Below the pieces are notes generated by a model that saw nothing but the letters and a program-made list of their open reading frames with translations, did no database searches and was not told the origin of the DNA. A stretch of 64,000 nt of DNA from Podarcis pityusensis (Eukaryota): the NCBI GenBank assembly GCA_964106645.2, contig OZ067043.1; one strand, written 5' to 3'. Shown piece by piece: positions 10,225-23,149 of this stretch (the first letter of the stretch is position 1; the number at the start of each line of letters is the position of its first letter). The translations under genes were made by a program, and so were the position numbers.

Positions 10225-12375
10225 AGTGGATTACTGCAATGCATTTACAGGTAGTTGTCTTTGAAAACAGTCTTGAAACTTTAGCTAGTCCAAAATGAGA
10301 TAGCTAGATTGTTAACTGGGACTGGCCTTTCTGATCATATGTGAGTATTTGTTGTTTGTATCTGTCTGTCTGTCTTGTGACACAATGGAAGAGTGCACTT
10401 TTGTTGTAAAGTCAAACCTTTGGAGAGTTACAGTGCCTGCTGTGGCTGTAGAGACCAATGCAGGAGAGACACATTTTATTGCAGGTAGGACAGATGAAGG
10501 CATCTGGTTTTGCTGCTACAGGTGCATCATGGTGTTTCTTTTATCTGTGCTCCTCCCAGTAGTCATTCTTCCTCTGGTCGCTGCTGTGGATACACGAGCT
10601 AGCTGACTCTAGGCACTTGGATCATCTGCAAGGGATTCCCATACGGTGGGGTTAATGTTGCTAATCTTCATATCTCATTTTCAGACATCTTTGTAACACA
10701 AGAGTTGGTCTGGCAACAGGCCTAGTGCCTGAAGCCAGCTCCCTTTAGAGGACGTCCTTGGGGATCCTGCCATCTTCCATTCTTTGGACATGATCAAGCC
10801 AGCATAGACATCACTGAAACAGAAGCGTGAACATGCTGGGAATGTGGGCTTGGGGGAACACATATTTGTTTGAGACTCAGTCCTGGAAGGCATTGAGGCG
10901 TTGCTACTGTCGGGTGTCAGTTGCCTACAACTCATTTCCATAAAGCAGTGTGCTCAATGCTCAAGCCTGGTAGACCTTCATCTTGCTATTAGTTGTTAGC
11001 GTCACATTTCCCTATACCCTTTTGGAGAGGTGAGCCATTGCCCCAGCTGCCTTGCCAATACGCTTGTCCAGCTCAGTGTCGATGGAAAGGTTGCTGGTTA
11101 TGGTAGAGCCCAGGTAGACAAAATAGTTTACCATCTCAAGCGTGTGGTCACCAATGCTGATGTGTGGAGTGCTTGCAACATCCCAACCCAGGAAGTTGGT
11201 CTTTGTCAAGCTGATTGTGACGCCGAACTAGGTGCAGCCTTTTGCAAAACAGTTGATGAGTCTCTGTAGAGCGGTGTCAAGGCTGTGTCATCTTCAGACA
11301 TCATCTCTCAGATAAGAACCTTCCACACTTTTGTCTTGAACAGACCCCTGTCAATCCTTGAATGGAAGTATGCACCACCTTCAGTTGAGCTGAAGGCATA
11401 GGAGAGCAACAGTGAAAAGAATATGCCAAAGTGTTGGAGCGAGAACACAGTCCTGTTTCACACGGCTATTTATACGGAAGGTGTCCGAGGATGAACCTTC
11501 ATACTGGACGGTGCTGTGCATGTTCTTGTGGAAGGACACAATCATCTTGTGGAGCTTAGGTGGGCATCTTATCTTGCTGAGCAGTGTTAAGGGTCCTTTT
11601 TGGCTGACAAGGTCAAAGACCATTGTCAGGTCTATGAAGGTGATGTACAGGGGGCATCTCTGCTCTTGGCATTTCTCCTGGCTCAGTGAGAAAAGAATGT
11701 CAACTGCTGACCTGAACTCTAAAGATGCATTATGACTGGGATAGGCCCTGTCAGTGAGTAACTGTAATCTGTTGAGAACTATGTGGGCAAAGGCTTTCTC
11801 TACAGTACTCAGCAGGGAGATGCTATGGTAGTTGTTACAATCATGGCAGTCACCTTTGTTATTATAGAGGGTCAGAATGCCAGGGTCATGCAAGTATGGT
11901 GGCACGGATCCTTTCCCCCAACTATTCCCATGTGAGGAGTGGGTCAAATTCAAAGCGCTGGTTTTAATGTTCAAAGCTCAAAATGTCTTGCGGCCAGGTT
12001 CCCTAAAGATCAACTCCTCTGACACTTACTTACACTGACCCTAGGACCTTTAGGAGTTCTTGTCAGGGTGCCAAATGAGGTATGGTGGGTGGCTGTCAGA
12101 GAAATGGCATTTTTATTGGTGACACCCGAATGCTCTCCCCAGAGAGACTCACTTGGGGCCTATGCAGATGGCGACCTTTTTATTTTCCTGTTTTAAGACC
12201 TTAAGTGGCTTTACCTCAGTTGTGTGAGTGTAAGTTTTATTGTCGCTGGATTTACTTATTTATTTTAATACCATGGCTGGCTTTATTCCACTTAATTTTT
12301 ATGGTTTTTAGTTTTTATTGTTAACTTCCCATAGGACATTGTTAATTGGGTGGTATACAAAGGATGCAAATCAAT
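10225..12375 (+). mobile_element. L2 LINE 3' fragment, split by an RTE insertion
   Basis: Left part encodes a decayed DYCNA...LKL*LVQNEIARLLTG. Right part (from about 11940) encodes VKFKALVLMFKA...GSLK followed by a T-rich L2 3'UTR. Confidence 0.7.
10350..11930 (-). mobile_element. RTE-clade LINE, RT and C-terminus, frameshifted
   Basis: ILTLYNNKGDCHDCNNYHSISLLS, FIDLTMVFDLV, VKQDCVLAPTL, FVYLGSTITSNLSIDTELDKRIGKA, MEDGRIPKD, and C-terminal FICPTCNKMCLSCIGLYSHSRHC. Short (gaca)n tail. Confidence 0.92.
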
Positions 12376-13324
12376 CAGTGGATCAATTTATATAGTCCTG
12401 GGTTTAACCACATGCTCATGGTGGTTGGATGAACATAGCAGTTGTGGCTTTATTACTATAGAATCAAGCGTGTGTGACGAACACCCACCTGGACTGCAAT
12501 TTGTTTTTCCTTAGCAATTGGTTATTGCTACAGGCAGTGGTAACCCTAGCTCTCTTGTCTCTTTCCTCTCCTTTGCATATTTTTGACTCATGCTTCTTCC
12601 AAGAAGCTCAAGGATATTGTATCCTCACAATAAACCTGTAGATGTACTTTAAATTGCATATTTGTGATACAGGTTTATGTGAACTGATGTCATATTTCTG
12701 GTGTGTAGTCGTGAGCAAGATCAACCCTCATAATCACATAGCTGTCTAGGTTTGCATACAGCCAGACTGAAAGTAAGTACATGACTCCTGGGGAGGGCAG
12801 TATGGTCAGTGTTCCTGCAGAATTTGAATGGACTGTCTCTTACTATGGTACCAATCTGCATGGCACAGTTAATAGCAAATAGATAGTATGGCTCTATGAA
12901 GATGAGCAGTACATCAGCATGCGAGCTTCCTGGTACATTCCTGTTGAATGCTGGAATGTATAGGAAGCATACAGAAAAGGAAGCCCAGTGTGCCATTGTA
13001 CAGCCTTTCAGTCTTACACTTTGAGAAGCAAAGAGTGTACTTCTTTAGCTTGCTCCTCATTCTTCCAATGTGCAGCACAAATACTTGGATATCAAGCAAA
13101 ATGCAAGAATGATTCCCAAATAAATACAACGTCTTTATGGAAGGCTCAATCTGTAGGCGATTAAGCCATACAGCAACAGTATGCTAGGATTGCTAGATTT
13201 TGTACCCATCTTTGCAATCAAAATGAGGTCTAGTAATTAGAATTCTGAAGGTACCAGAACAGACATTCTGCAGTAAATTTGCCTACCATTGAAAGACAAA
13301 AGCCTGGATTCAGTTATCAAGGTG

Positions 13325-13506
13325 GGCTAATGGGAGCCAGTGCAAGGAGCTCTGCTAGTGCAATGGAACTTTCTCTCCTCTCCTCCCCCTGCATGCCCCG
13401 CAACCTAAATTGACTAAATGTGAACTCCCAGAACAGCACAGGGAGAGGAGAGGGGAAATTGTTTCATTGGGCAAACTGAAATGCTTGTGCTGATGGAATG
13501 ATTGGA
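13325..13506. mobile_element. Palindromic MITE family (related copies near 24750-24910, 41915-42030, 42968-43147, 59185-59400)
   Basis: Shared ctaatgggagccagtg... start and gaaatgcttgtgctga end with 42968-43147. C-rich and G-rich arms. Confidence 0.55.
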
Positions 13507-14084
13507 AAAGTGTGATGATGAATTTCTCCCATAATGTTTGTGCTAAAATTGGATTGTAATTTAAATTGGATGGTAATTTGATTAATTGTAGGAATGCCAT
13601 TAAAATGCATAATTATCAAAACAGATTTCAGAATACCCTTTTTACCACAACACACTGACTGAACCTAGCAGAAGGGCCCCAATTCCAAAACTAATCTATG
13701 CCTACTGAATTATTTTGAGATATCTAGTGGGCATCCAGGAAAAAAATGCAGATTATAAAACCGGTTTATTTCTGGATTGGGAATTGGGGAATTTTCCTAC
13801 TCCCTAATTACAAGCCACACCATTTGTACAATTCTTAAATGTCTTGTTCTATGCCTTATTTTCCTCTTGGCAATAATGGAGCAGCTGTATGCTATTCACA
13901 TTTACAAGTCTAGATCAGATGTAACACTTGCTGAATTTAAGGGTTGCAATTGGGAGTATACCTCACTGATTTTCAGGCCACCATGTGGGAGAGCATTCCA
14001 TACTCCTATTGAGGTGACTTTTCAAAGCAGAGAGGACTATTGCGGATGTGGCCCTTTCGTACTGTCCAAACCACTGTGAGTTAT

Positions 14085-14460
14085 GGCTTCTCCAGCCTCT
14101 AATTATGCAGTCAGCCCCCAGTCGCCTGTTCCTAACGAGGCTGACAGGCTAATCTCTCAAGAGCCCTTAATGTGTTATCATCTCTCGCTGGGTGACCTCA
14201 TATTTCTAACTGCTTTGGTGGGGGGAGGAAGGAAAAGTGTCGTCTGCTCTCCCCCCTCAACATAAGCCCACATCCTCAGGCTCATCTGTTCAGGCAAGGG
14301 AGATAAGCCCATCCATCACCTACCCCGTTGGGCTATTAGATGATTAAAGGCATTTTTTATAATATTTGGGCGAGTTTTCAAAGCTTCTTGCAAAGTGTCT
14401 GATTAACACCCATTTTAACCCCTCACTGGTCAGATTGCAAACCCCAGGAACAGGGGAGAT
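14085..14460. promoter_or_regulatory. Candidate conserved non-coding element (enhancer)
   Basis: Repeat-free, retains CpGs, TAATTA, TGACAG and TAATCT motifs. Inference only. Confidence 0.4.
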
Positions 14461-15594
14461 GCACATTGGCAAGACTGCTAAGAGATGCCTGCCTTCAGCA
14501 GCATTTGTTTTGTCTGCTCATGCCCAGATCACTGACAAGGTGTGATTCATGGTCCCTGGACACCTGCAGGAAACAGTTCTTCCTTGCCAACTGGGACCTG
14601 GTGGTTTATGAGGTTTTAACGGTTCCATGGGACAGGAAATGGGACCCTGGTTTGTTATGCAACAGGCTGTGCAGGCGCTGATTATGTCTCCTCTTGGTAG
14701 CAGATCCATTAGTTGCCCTTAGGAGCAGAGGGTCAGGATGGATTGCAGTTCTGTGACCCAGCAAGGAAAGCAGCTTGAGATGTGAACACCACACAGTCTT
14801 TGGCATTTTTTAGCTTATCCACATGCCTACCCTTGTGCCCATTTCCTAGGTTCACCCACATCTCAGGTCACACATTCCTTCCAGATCTGTTCCTTTGGGC
14901 AGTTATCTGTTGCAGCTAAAGGCATGGAGACTGGGAAAGTGAGCCATGGGACAGAACTGTGCATGGTAGTGGTCTCTTTGTCTACCAGAACCCCCTTTGG
15001 ATTTGAAACTTTCTGCCAACTCTGCTCAGGTTTTTCTCTACATTGATTAAAGTTAAGGTACACAGGGTTATGTACATATGTGATGCAGTTGCACACCATG
15101 TATAGTCATGATTAAGGCCCTTTGCATGGAGGAAGTGTCGTCATTAAAGGGCACTGAGTAACAAACACAAAACAGAGTTCTGGAGTTAAAAGTTGATCAT
15201 GTCTCAATTGTAAAAAGTGCCAATATTTTAAGAGAGAGGGTAGCTGACTTTTAAGAGAGAGGCTAGTTACTTGGGGAAAGGGTGGTTTTTCTGCTTCATG
15301 CTGTCTGTACATTAAAATGTTATGCCAACTCAAAGAGCATACAACTTTCTTTAACAGGTTTTTGAAGTGCAAAGTATATATGAGTTGAACATTCTTTCTA
15401 CAGTTTATCTAGCCTTCAAGGCAAATATTCTGATGGATGATACCTTATGGGAAGCTGTTAGTTGTTGGGGGCTTTTGAGAAATGGTCTATTCACAAATGT
15501 TCCTTTTGTGCTTTGTTTGTAAGACCCCAGCACTTGAAGCAGAAGCTTCAGATGCTTAATCCCATGACGCTTGCTGAGTTTGGAAAATCTCTGC

Positions 15595-16080
15595 TGTTAA
15601 ATGTCACTTGCTCAGTTGTAGGAGTCAATTGATTGATTGTCGTCCTTTGTGATGCTCATTGTCATATTTCATAATCTCAATTTCTTGTCAATTGATTGCC
15701 AGATAGAAGCGACAGCCAAGGAGGGCCGCCAGCGTCTGCAGGGGCCAGCCAGCGCATGGCGTTAACTTTCCCTCTCTGTAAGTGTTCCCTTCTTTTATTA
15801 CTGTTGTGGGGTGGTTCAGAAAATGAATAGAAGAATAGTTTGGGTAGATGATAATAGTCCTGGGGATAAGTGTGCTGTTAGCATTATCAAACATGTCACA
15901 TTTTTTCAGGCAAGAGAACATTTATTTTTAATAAAGGTGTTTTCTGGTGCTTGGCTGAGAATAGCACCTAGGAGTCCTGGCTCCCCAGCCCTCACTGCTC
16001 TAACTTCTAACTTCTAAAAAGAGCTGGGAATAAACTGAGCATTGTCTCGTCAGGGACAGTTAATTATAATTTGTGTAGGC
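15595..16080. promoter_or_regulatory. Candidate conserved non-coding element (enhancer)
   Basis: TGATTGAT (PBX-HOX type) at 15630-15637, gtcaattgattg twice, CTTTGT, CpG cluster 15709-15762. Confidence 0.5.
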
Positions 16081-16865
16081 ATGTTTTAAGGAAAATGGTA
16101 TTATACAAAACAGAGATATTAGTCTAAATGTTGGTAGGGCTGAAAATTATGGGTGGAAACTACTTGCAAACTGTGTTCAGGGTGGTAGGTGGGGTATATT
16201 ATTGTTATGGGAGGTTCAACGCCATGTAGGCAAGCCGGATCAAAGCTCTGCCCTCTCCTCCTTTCATGCAGCTGGGAAGACTTCTGCCAAGATTACTTTC
16301 AGTTTCAAATAATCTCATTTTAATGCTACACGTGAAGCAGGAATCTTGGTATTCAAACCACGGTTATCAGGACTGGCCCAAGGCATTTTGCTTCCTGAAG
16401 CAAAGGACAAGATGGTGCCTCCTCCTCTTCCACATACAGAAACCAGCTGGACTGGCATCTGATCTAACTTCAGCTGTATGACTGTATATCATCCTCCACT
16501 GTGCCTGAGGCAGCAGGCCAGGTTAGGGAGACAGTTTAATTTATACAGTTCTCTCCTCCAACAGAGGGGGAATGTCTGGTTTGAAGTTGTTTTGTTTAAC
16601 AATGAACCAGTGTTCATTTAAAATCAGGATTCCCGGTTTGCACATGATGCTAAAATGAGATTATTTGAAACAGAAATTTATGCCAGTAGAAATCCTCCTC
16701 CCAGCCATGAGGTGGTAGGGGAAGAAGGGAGTGCACAACCTGAATGCTTTGCTTGGGCTTGCTATGGTTCATCCATGCCACAGTTCCTAAACCATTGTTT
16801 ACTGTTACCTGCAAACCAGCCATTGCTTGGGTGGGTCAGACAAATAATGTATCCTGGATTAGACA

Positions 16866-17060
16866 GTTTATTTTTATCTATTTAATTTATAAAATTTATA
16901 TACTGCTGAATAGCAGAAAAAATATCCAAGTGGTTTACAAAAAAGATAAAACAATAAAATAATCACTTTGAAAATTGCAACCATAATTTAAAACATACAG
17001 GTTAATACCGCAATAAAAGAGACTGGAACCAATTAAAAATCCTACAAACTTTCTAAACAT
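16866..17060 (-). mobile_element. L2 LINE 3' tail
   Basis: tttatttttatctatttaatttataaaatttatatactgc...aagtggtttacaa pattern, as in the other L2 tails here. Confidence 0.55.
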
Positions 17061-17225
17061 GTAAACAATGACTGTCAACAGATGCTACTGAAGATATGCA
17101 ACTGCTTTGCAGTTATGTTAACTCATGACTGTGTGTATTATGCTTATACAATGTTAATTCATGACTGTATTAGGCTTCTATTGGGCATTAGACCATACAT
17201 AATTTGAATTCTACCATAGAACCTA

Positions 17226-17419
17226 CAACAGAGAAAGCTGCTTATACTGAGTCAGACCACTGGTCCATCTAGCTCAGTATTGTCCACAGTTATGACTGGC
17301 AGCTGCTCCCCAGTTTTTCAGAATGGAACTTTTCCCTAGCCCTACTTAGAGAAGCTGGAGATTAAAACTGGGACCTTTTGTATGAAAAACAGATGCTTTG
17401 CCGCCGATTTGTGGCCCTT
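17226..17419 (-). mobile_element. tRNA-Ala-like/CR1-tailed squamate SINE (Squam2-like)
   Basis: aagctgcttatactgagtcagaccactggtccatctagctcagtattgtc...gggaccttttgtatgaaaaacagatgct...ggccc. Confidence 0.8.
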
Positions 17420-18384
17420 CTCTTCAATTGCTCACCAAGAACCTCAGCTTTTAATTTATTAATTTTTATAGACTTCTGAGTTTCAGGAAAAACTTTGGAA
17501 GTGTATTGGAAATGTCTGATGAGAGCTTAGAATGCAATGGATGTTTTAAACAGGGCTTATAAGAACAGAGCTGCCCTTCCGCTCCTTGTTCCCCTGTCTT
17601 CTTCAGACTAATGTTACTCTTCTTTCTTTGCCCTGTGCCACAACCTTTTCATTGCTTACAACTTTTGAATGCAACAAAGCTCCATGTTATACAACAAGAT
17701 TTACTTAATGCAGATTAATTGAGCAATCTGAATGCCTAATTTGCCATGCCAGGGGGGGATTGGGCTGGATCCCCTGAGGATTGCTGTCACGTAATGGCAA
17801 CGGGTTTATTCCAAGCCTTTTTGCTGTGCCAGACATGAAGGTGGTGCAGTGAAGAGGCATTTCACCACCAGCAGCTTTTGACTTGGCAAGTGCAAATGGC
17901 AGGGCTGTGTTTGTGCTGCTGCTGGTCAGGGCTTAAGACTGTAGCCTAAGTCCTACATTGTGTGTACCCTATTTGTAAAACACAATTTCTACATGAACAT
18001 GTGAAATGTGATTGATCCATTGATTACATTTAGAAGCCCACCCTTCACTAAGCATTGTCAGCCTTGTTTGAAGTAGGGAGGGGGGGCTTCGTTTCACTTG
18101 CCCCCTGTATTTGCATTTTACAATGAAAGCCATTGAAACCAGAATCTATTTGATGGTCTTCTCCCATAATTTAGGACATCTTTGGAAACTCCACCCCCAT
18201 ATTGTTCAGGTTGAAATTAGAGTGTGCGCACAAGACTAATAGGTAAACCGGTTTGGAGAGTGGCTGCTCAGATGGCTCCACCTGGTTCCTATGGCAGTGT
18301 TTTGTGTGTCTTCCACCTCCCCCCACCCCCCCCACTCCAAACAACCTTTACTGGAAAGCATATGGAAAGGAGAGCAGCCGACCT

Positions 18385-18720
18385 TTGGCACATTTATTGA
18401 CACTCCCAGAGTTCATACTGCAACTCTACAATCTTTCCCTCAGATTATTAAAAATTAATTGATCACTTTTATATCCCCCCACGGTGCCCGACACTGTCGC
18501 TGCGAGAGGGGCCAAGGGGAGGAGGGCGTGTGCAGGCGTAGCAAACACACTGATAAATGTTAATTACTCTTTTATGGCCCTTGTCAAATTCCAAAGCAAG
18601 TCATAAATTCATTAAACTCTAACGGATTAAGCACATGCAGCTTATTTAGCCGCCATAAACAAGATCATTTGTATGTTGGTTTTTCCTTTTTTATTGCTTC
18701 AGCAGCAAAAAGGAGAAAAA
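18385..18720. promoter_or_regulatory. Candidate conserved non-coding element (posterior HOX/CDX-rich)
   Basis: TTTATGG 18571, GTCATAAA 18600, GCCATAAA 18652, GGATTA 18624, CpG-rich 5' half. Confidence 0.6.
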
Positions 18721-20553
18721 ATTGACTCAGGAGCTCCTGATAGGTTTGAAAAGTCGGGCAGTTAATATCCTGCTGCTATTGTCTCTTATTATTTTGTATA
18801 CATATAGCTATGTACATTTGATATTTGGCATGATAAATTATTACTGTCTTATTTCCGGATAACAAGAGATAATATAGTAATATTCCTTTTAGAGAACCAA
18901 ATTGCATTGGTGAAAATTCATTCTGGCTTTCAAGTTCTTCAGCAACAAATAGATCCAACTCTTTTGCCAGTTGACATTGATCCCAGTACAAAGCATGACC
19001 GCCACCTATTTTGTATCTCCCCTGTCATTACACAATGTATAGTATCAATATAATATTATGGTAGTTCTGGTAAAACATGCAGCCTTCTTTTATGAAATGG
19101 TTTCTGCTTGAATTGACCGCTTTGGAAGTATGCTCAGGAACACCACATTTTCTTAGGATTCAAAACAACAGTATTTTGACTCTACAGAAATAAGATGATT
19201 TCCTAAGCTGGAGCATGCATTACCCTACTACAGGCATAAATGTGGCCCCCAGAATGTCATGAGAATCTGTTGGATAGAACACCAGTCTCACTTAATTTCA
19301 TTGACCTCAGAAGAAGAGATGTTCCTAATAAGAGAAATGAAAAGCTGAGGCAAAGGCACTTGATTGAACTTTCAGTCCATAAGACTGAAAGCTCAGGACT
19401 CATGGTTCAGTGTTATAGCCTGCACAGCTTGGTTCTGGTCTCCTGGTCTACTAGTTGACTGGGTCTTCCTTGGAGGAGAAATGGAGCACTGCAACAAAAT
19501 AAGTTCAGTATACTTAAGCTCCAGCTACTGGAACAGTTGTCTCTGCAAATTCCCTGGAGTGTGGATTTTTAAGTACTGACAGGAGATACTGAAATGACAA
19601 AGGATGGAACTTAGAGGTTCCAAAAGACAAGGGCTTGCTACTGAAAACAGCAGCTATTTGTTCAGGTCTCCCCTCCGCCTTAACATCTGGTACAGCTTAT
19701 CCTGTGTCCTCCTGATAGCATTATGCTGCATTTTCCTGTCCCAGTTCTACACGCTTCTGCCACTGGTAGAACATTGGGACATGAGCAAAGTTGCATTATA
19801 CATTATGGAAACAGAGTCGACACAGGGCTGCCATTTTCAGAAGCAGACTTTTGTTCTTCCATAATGTGTTGTCCTTCTCTGAAATGTGACCATTCAACAC
19901 ACAGGGAGACTTGGATCAAGCCTCAGCTGATCTTCCTTGACACAAAAGTCAGTGGTGAGTCTAATTAGCACGCCACATTATAGAAATGTATGTGAAAAGT
20001 TCTAACATTCATGCCCAAAATCACCATGTCAACTCTGCTTTTTCAAGGCTGGCAAAGAGCCCTTATTTTGCATGCCTCAAAGTCTCAACCCCCCAAAACA
20101 GTATGGTTGCCTGGAGTTGCAAACACCTTTGATTCTGTGCATGGCTGCCCCATGTGGTGAGCTATCAGAACTGCAGCTTTTAACATCTACGTACATGGCA
20201 AAGTATTCTTAGGATTTAGACTGGCCCTATCCACCAAGGCTGGCCATTGTGTCCTAAGAAGGGCTCTCAAAGTCTTCCTGCTTGGCTTGGGCATTACTTG
20301 AGTAGCAAGCTCTTTCCGGCTCTCTTTCTTTTAGGTGTTCCTCAGCTCTTACTCCTTGGTTCAGCTCTTGGCCCTCAGTTAACCTATAACAGATCAGCTT
20401 TGACAAATCAATCTTAACTTAATTTTTTTGCTGCAATGAAACATTATAGAACACATACAGGAATCTATTTTGCAAGACTGCAGATGTCAGTCAAAATAGT
20501 CAAAGTGCTGTCTTAGATAGACAGGACCACAACAGCCTATCATTACAACATGT

Positions 20554-20900
20554 GAGATCTGGGGTGGTATAGTGGCTAAAAGACTGGGGTTGCCATCCTA
20601 ACCCACTTATCTGGGAGCAGATGCCAGTGAATTCAATATGACTTGTTTTTGAGTAGATATGGTTAGGGCTGTGCTGTGTGTGACTAATCAGAAAATTTTC
20701 AGTTCAAATCTCACTTTCCCCATGAACTGACTTGATTGCATTAGGCAAGTGAATCCCCCCGCCCCGATTTTCTGCAGCCATCCATCTCCAATATAGGAAT
20801 GATGATAGCATTGAGCATTACAAGGTTGTTGTCTACAGCAGGATAATGTATGCCAATCAAGTGCTTTGAACATCATAAAATGTCCAAAGCACATAAACAC
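20554..20900 (+). mobile_element. Old MIR/Ther1-like SINE with an about 85-bp MITE inserted near 20590-20675
   Basis: A-box tggtatagtgg, B-box-like gttcaaatc, core and L2-like tail aagtgctttgaaca. Confidence 0.55.
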
Positions 20901-23149
20901 CCCTTGCTTTCTGCTTAATTATAATAAGTAGAACCCCAAAACTTCCATTGGGACAAATTTGACACCACTGTTTTCTCCTTGGTTAAAAAAAGGCCACTAA
21001 TAAGCATCCAGATATGGCACTGGTCTTGGTCCTACCCATTGGTGCATTGGAATATCTGTGGGGCTCCCCTTGCCTCGAGACATAAAAATCTGCCCCCATG
21101 TTTGATGGATTTATGAGCACAGGGGTGGGCAGTCAGGGGTTAATGGAAGAACTGTGCCCTGTGCTCAGCGGTAGCTAACAGCCACTAGCTAATAACTTTA
21201 TGGCTTCAAAGCAAGGCATTTATCATGCTGAAGTTTGTTTATGCACTAGTTATACAGCACATTATGGCAGATCTAAGTTGGACTGATAAATTCTAGATGA
21301 CAAGCAAGGCTACTGAATGGGGCTTGCCGAGTCCAAAAGACCAGTAGCTTTTTCCTGAACTCTGCTTCCAAGATAAGAATGTTTTCCCTCTCTATTGTTT
21401 AGTGTGCACAAAAGTGCATAAATTTGATGTAAAAGAAGACATGGATAATGTCCAAGACTTTTGCAAACCTCCCACCTTGTGAACAAGAGCTAGCAGTGTA
21501 TATGGATAGATGTGTGCATAACACACTCATTTTCTGCAATACAGAAGTGGAATCATGTGGCCAGAATAAGTACAAATCAGGCACAATTGTCCCCCCCCCC
21601 CCCCGTCTCTTATTTATGTCATTTAATCTATGTGGACGAGGGGTTGGGACCAGCCATCAGGAAAGCTTGCAAAGAGCAAGTGTTGAACTCTAAGCCCTTA
21701 TCACAAAGCATTCCCTAAAGAACCCTTTGGAATTTTGAGCTGGCACTGGCACTGGCAAATTTTCAGTTTTCCTATCAGCATGCTGACTATAAGTTAAAAT
21801 CAAACCTGAAATTCCTGTTCCATAAGTGTTAATTCCAAGTATGATTTTGCTTTGCAAGGAGCAATTCTTGCAGAATGGAATATCTGTGGAATGCTGAAGG
21901 AAAAATGTTGGCATATTCTATTTTGGTGGAGACATTCTACATACTGCATTATGACAAACCTAGGATTGCAACCCAGTGTACACTTTATGTACACTGTACA
22001 TATATGCTGTATGCCAAGAGTAACCAACATGGTACCCTCCATACATTGTTGTATTCCAGTTCTTGCCAACCCTAGCTAGCATGGCCAGTGATCAGGGATG
22101 ATGGGGTATAGTCCAGTCTCTGGAGGATGTTGGAACTTCTGGGGTGCAACTCAGCTTGCTGAGAGGGGTTTGCATGGTGTTAAAACAGACACAGAAGAGA
22201 GTCTCCAAATTCCCACACTGTCTCAGTGCTCTTTGCCTGTGTTGAGTATATATTTGATCTTAGACTGATATTCCTAGGTTGCAGCTTTCACTTCTGGTCT
22301 TCCCTTCACTTCTCTTTTGGATCCTTTTGGGAGAGGTCACCGTTGCTTTGTCTGCCAAGCACAAAGAGGACATTGTGTAGGCTATCTCTTTTCATGTCTT
22401 AGTCTCATTGGCACATTGCAGTATATGGTATGCGCTTAATAAATTTCCCTGTGATGTATTTACAGAAACAAACATAGGCATAGATATACTTGTCAGTGGC
22501 TTAAGTGTGATTTATCAAAATGGAGTATAAATAAATAAAGTTAATAAACTGGAATAATCACACTGGCCTGACAAGACAAGGAATGGAGATCTTGCAAGGT
22601 GGATGGAGACATGAATTCTTGGGCCCCAACAATGGTAGAGGTAAGGCACAGTAGTAGAATGCTCAACACAGGCTCTGCTTCTGTGTGGTGACTGGTACTG
22701 CAAGCAAGATCCACACTTCCACTGCGTGTGTATCTAGATGCCCAACAGTTTATGGGGTTCCCACAGTGACCCATTTGTAGAATGGTTGGATTGTGTAGTC
22801 TTCATCTATATCTATGGCAGTGTACTGATAGATGTATCCTGATCGGAAATGTTTTGTGTTAATATTTGTATACATTTGCATGTTCACCCCGAATTGCCTG
22901 ATAGTTCCTGCATGTGTGTTCCTTGGATACATAAATTTGTTCGTTCATGTGACTGGAGAGGTTTCTCTCCATAGTTGTGTATATGTGTAATGGTGTGTAT
23001 GGTGGGCATCTGAATTATATTGTTCTCTGAATTGTGATATGGTTACCTCGTGCTTCATGACTGTGCACATATGTTTGTGCATGAACACATAGTCTGCTCT
23101 GACAGCGTGGTTACATTGTGTTCGTGGGTTGGTGTGCAAGTCTTTGTAT

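Noticed and set aside
11381-11974. 197-aa reverse-transcriptase-like ORF as a functional gene
   Set aside because: Part of a truncated, multiply frameshifted RTE LINE with a degenerate catalytic region.
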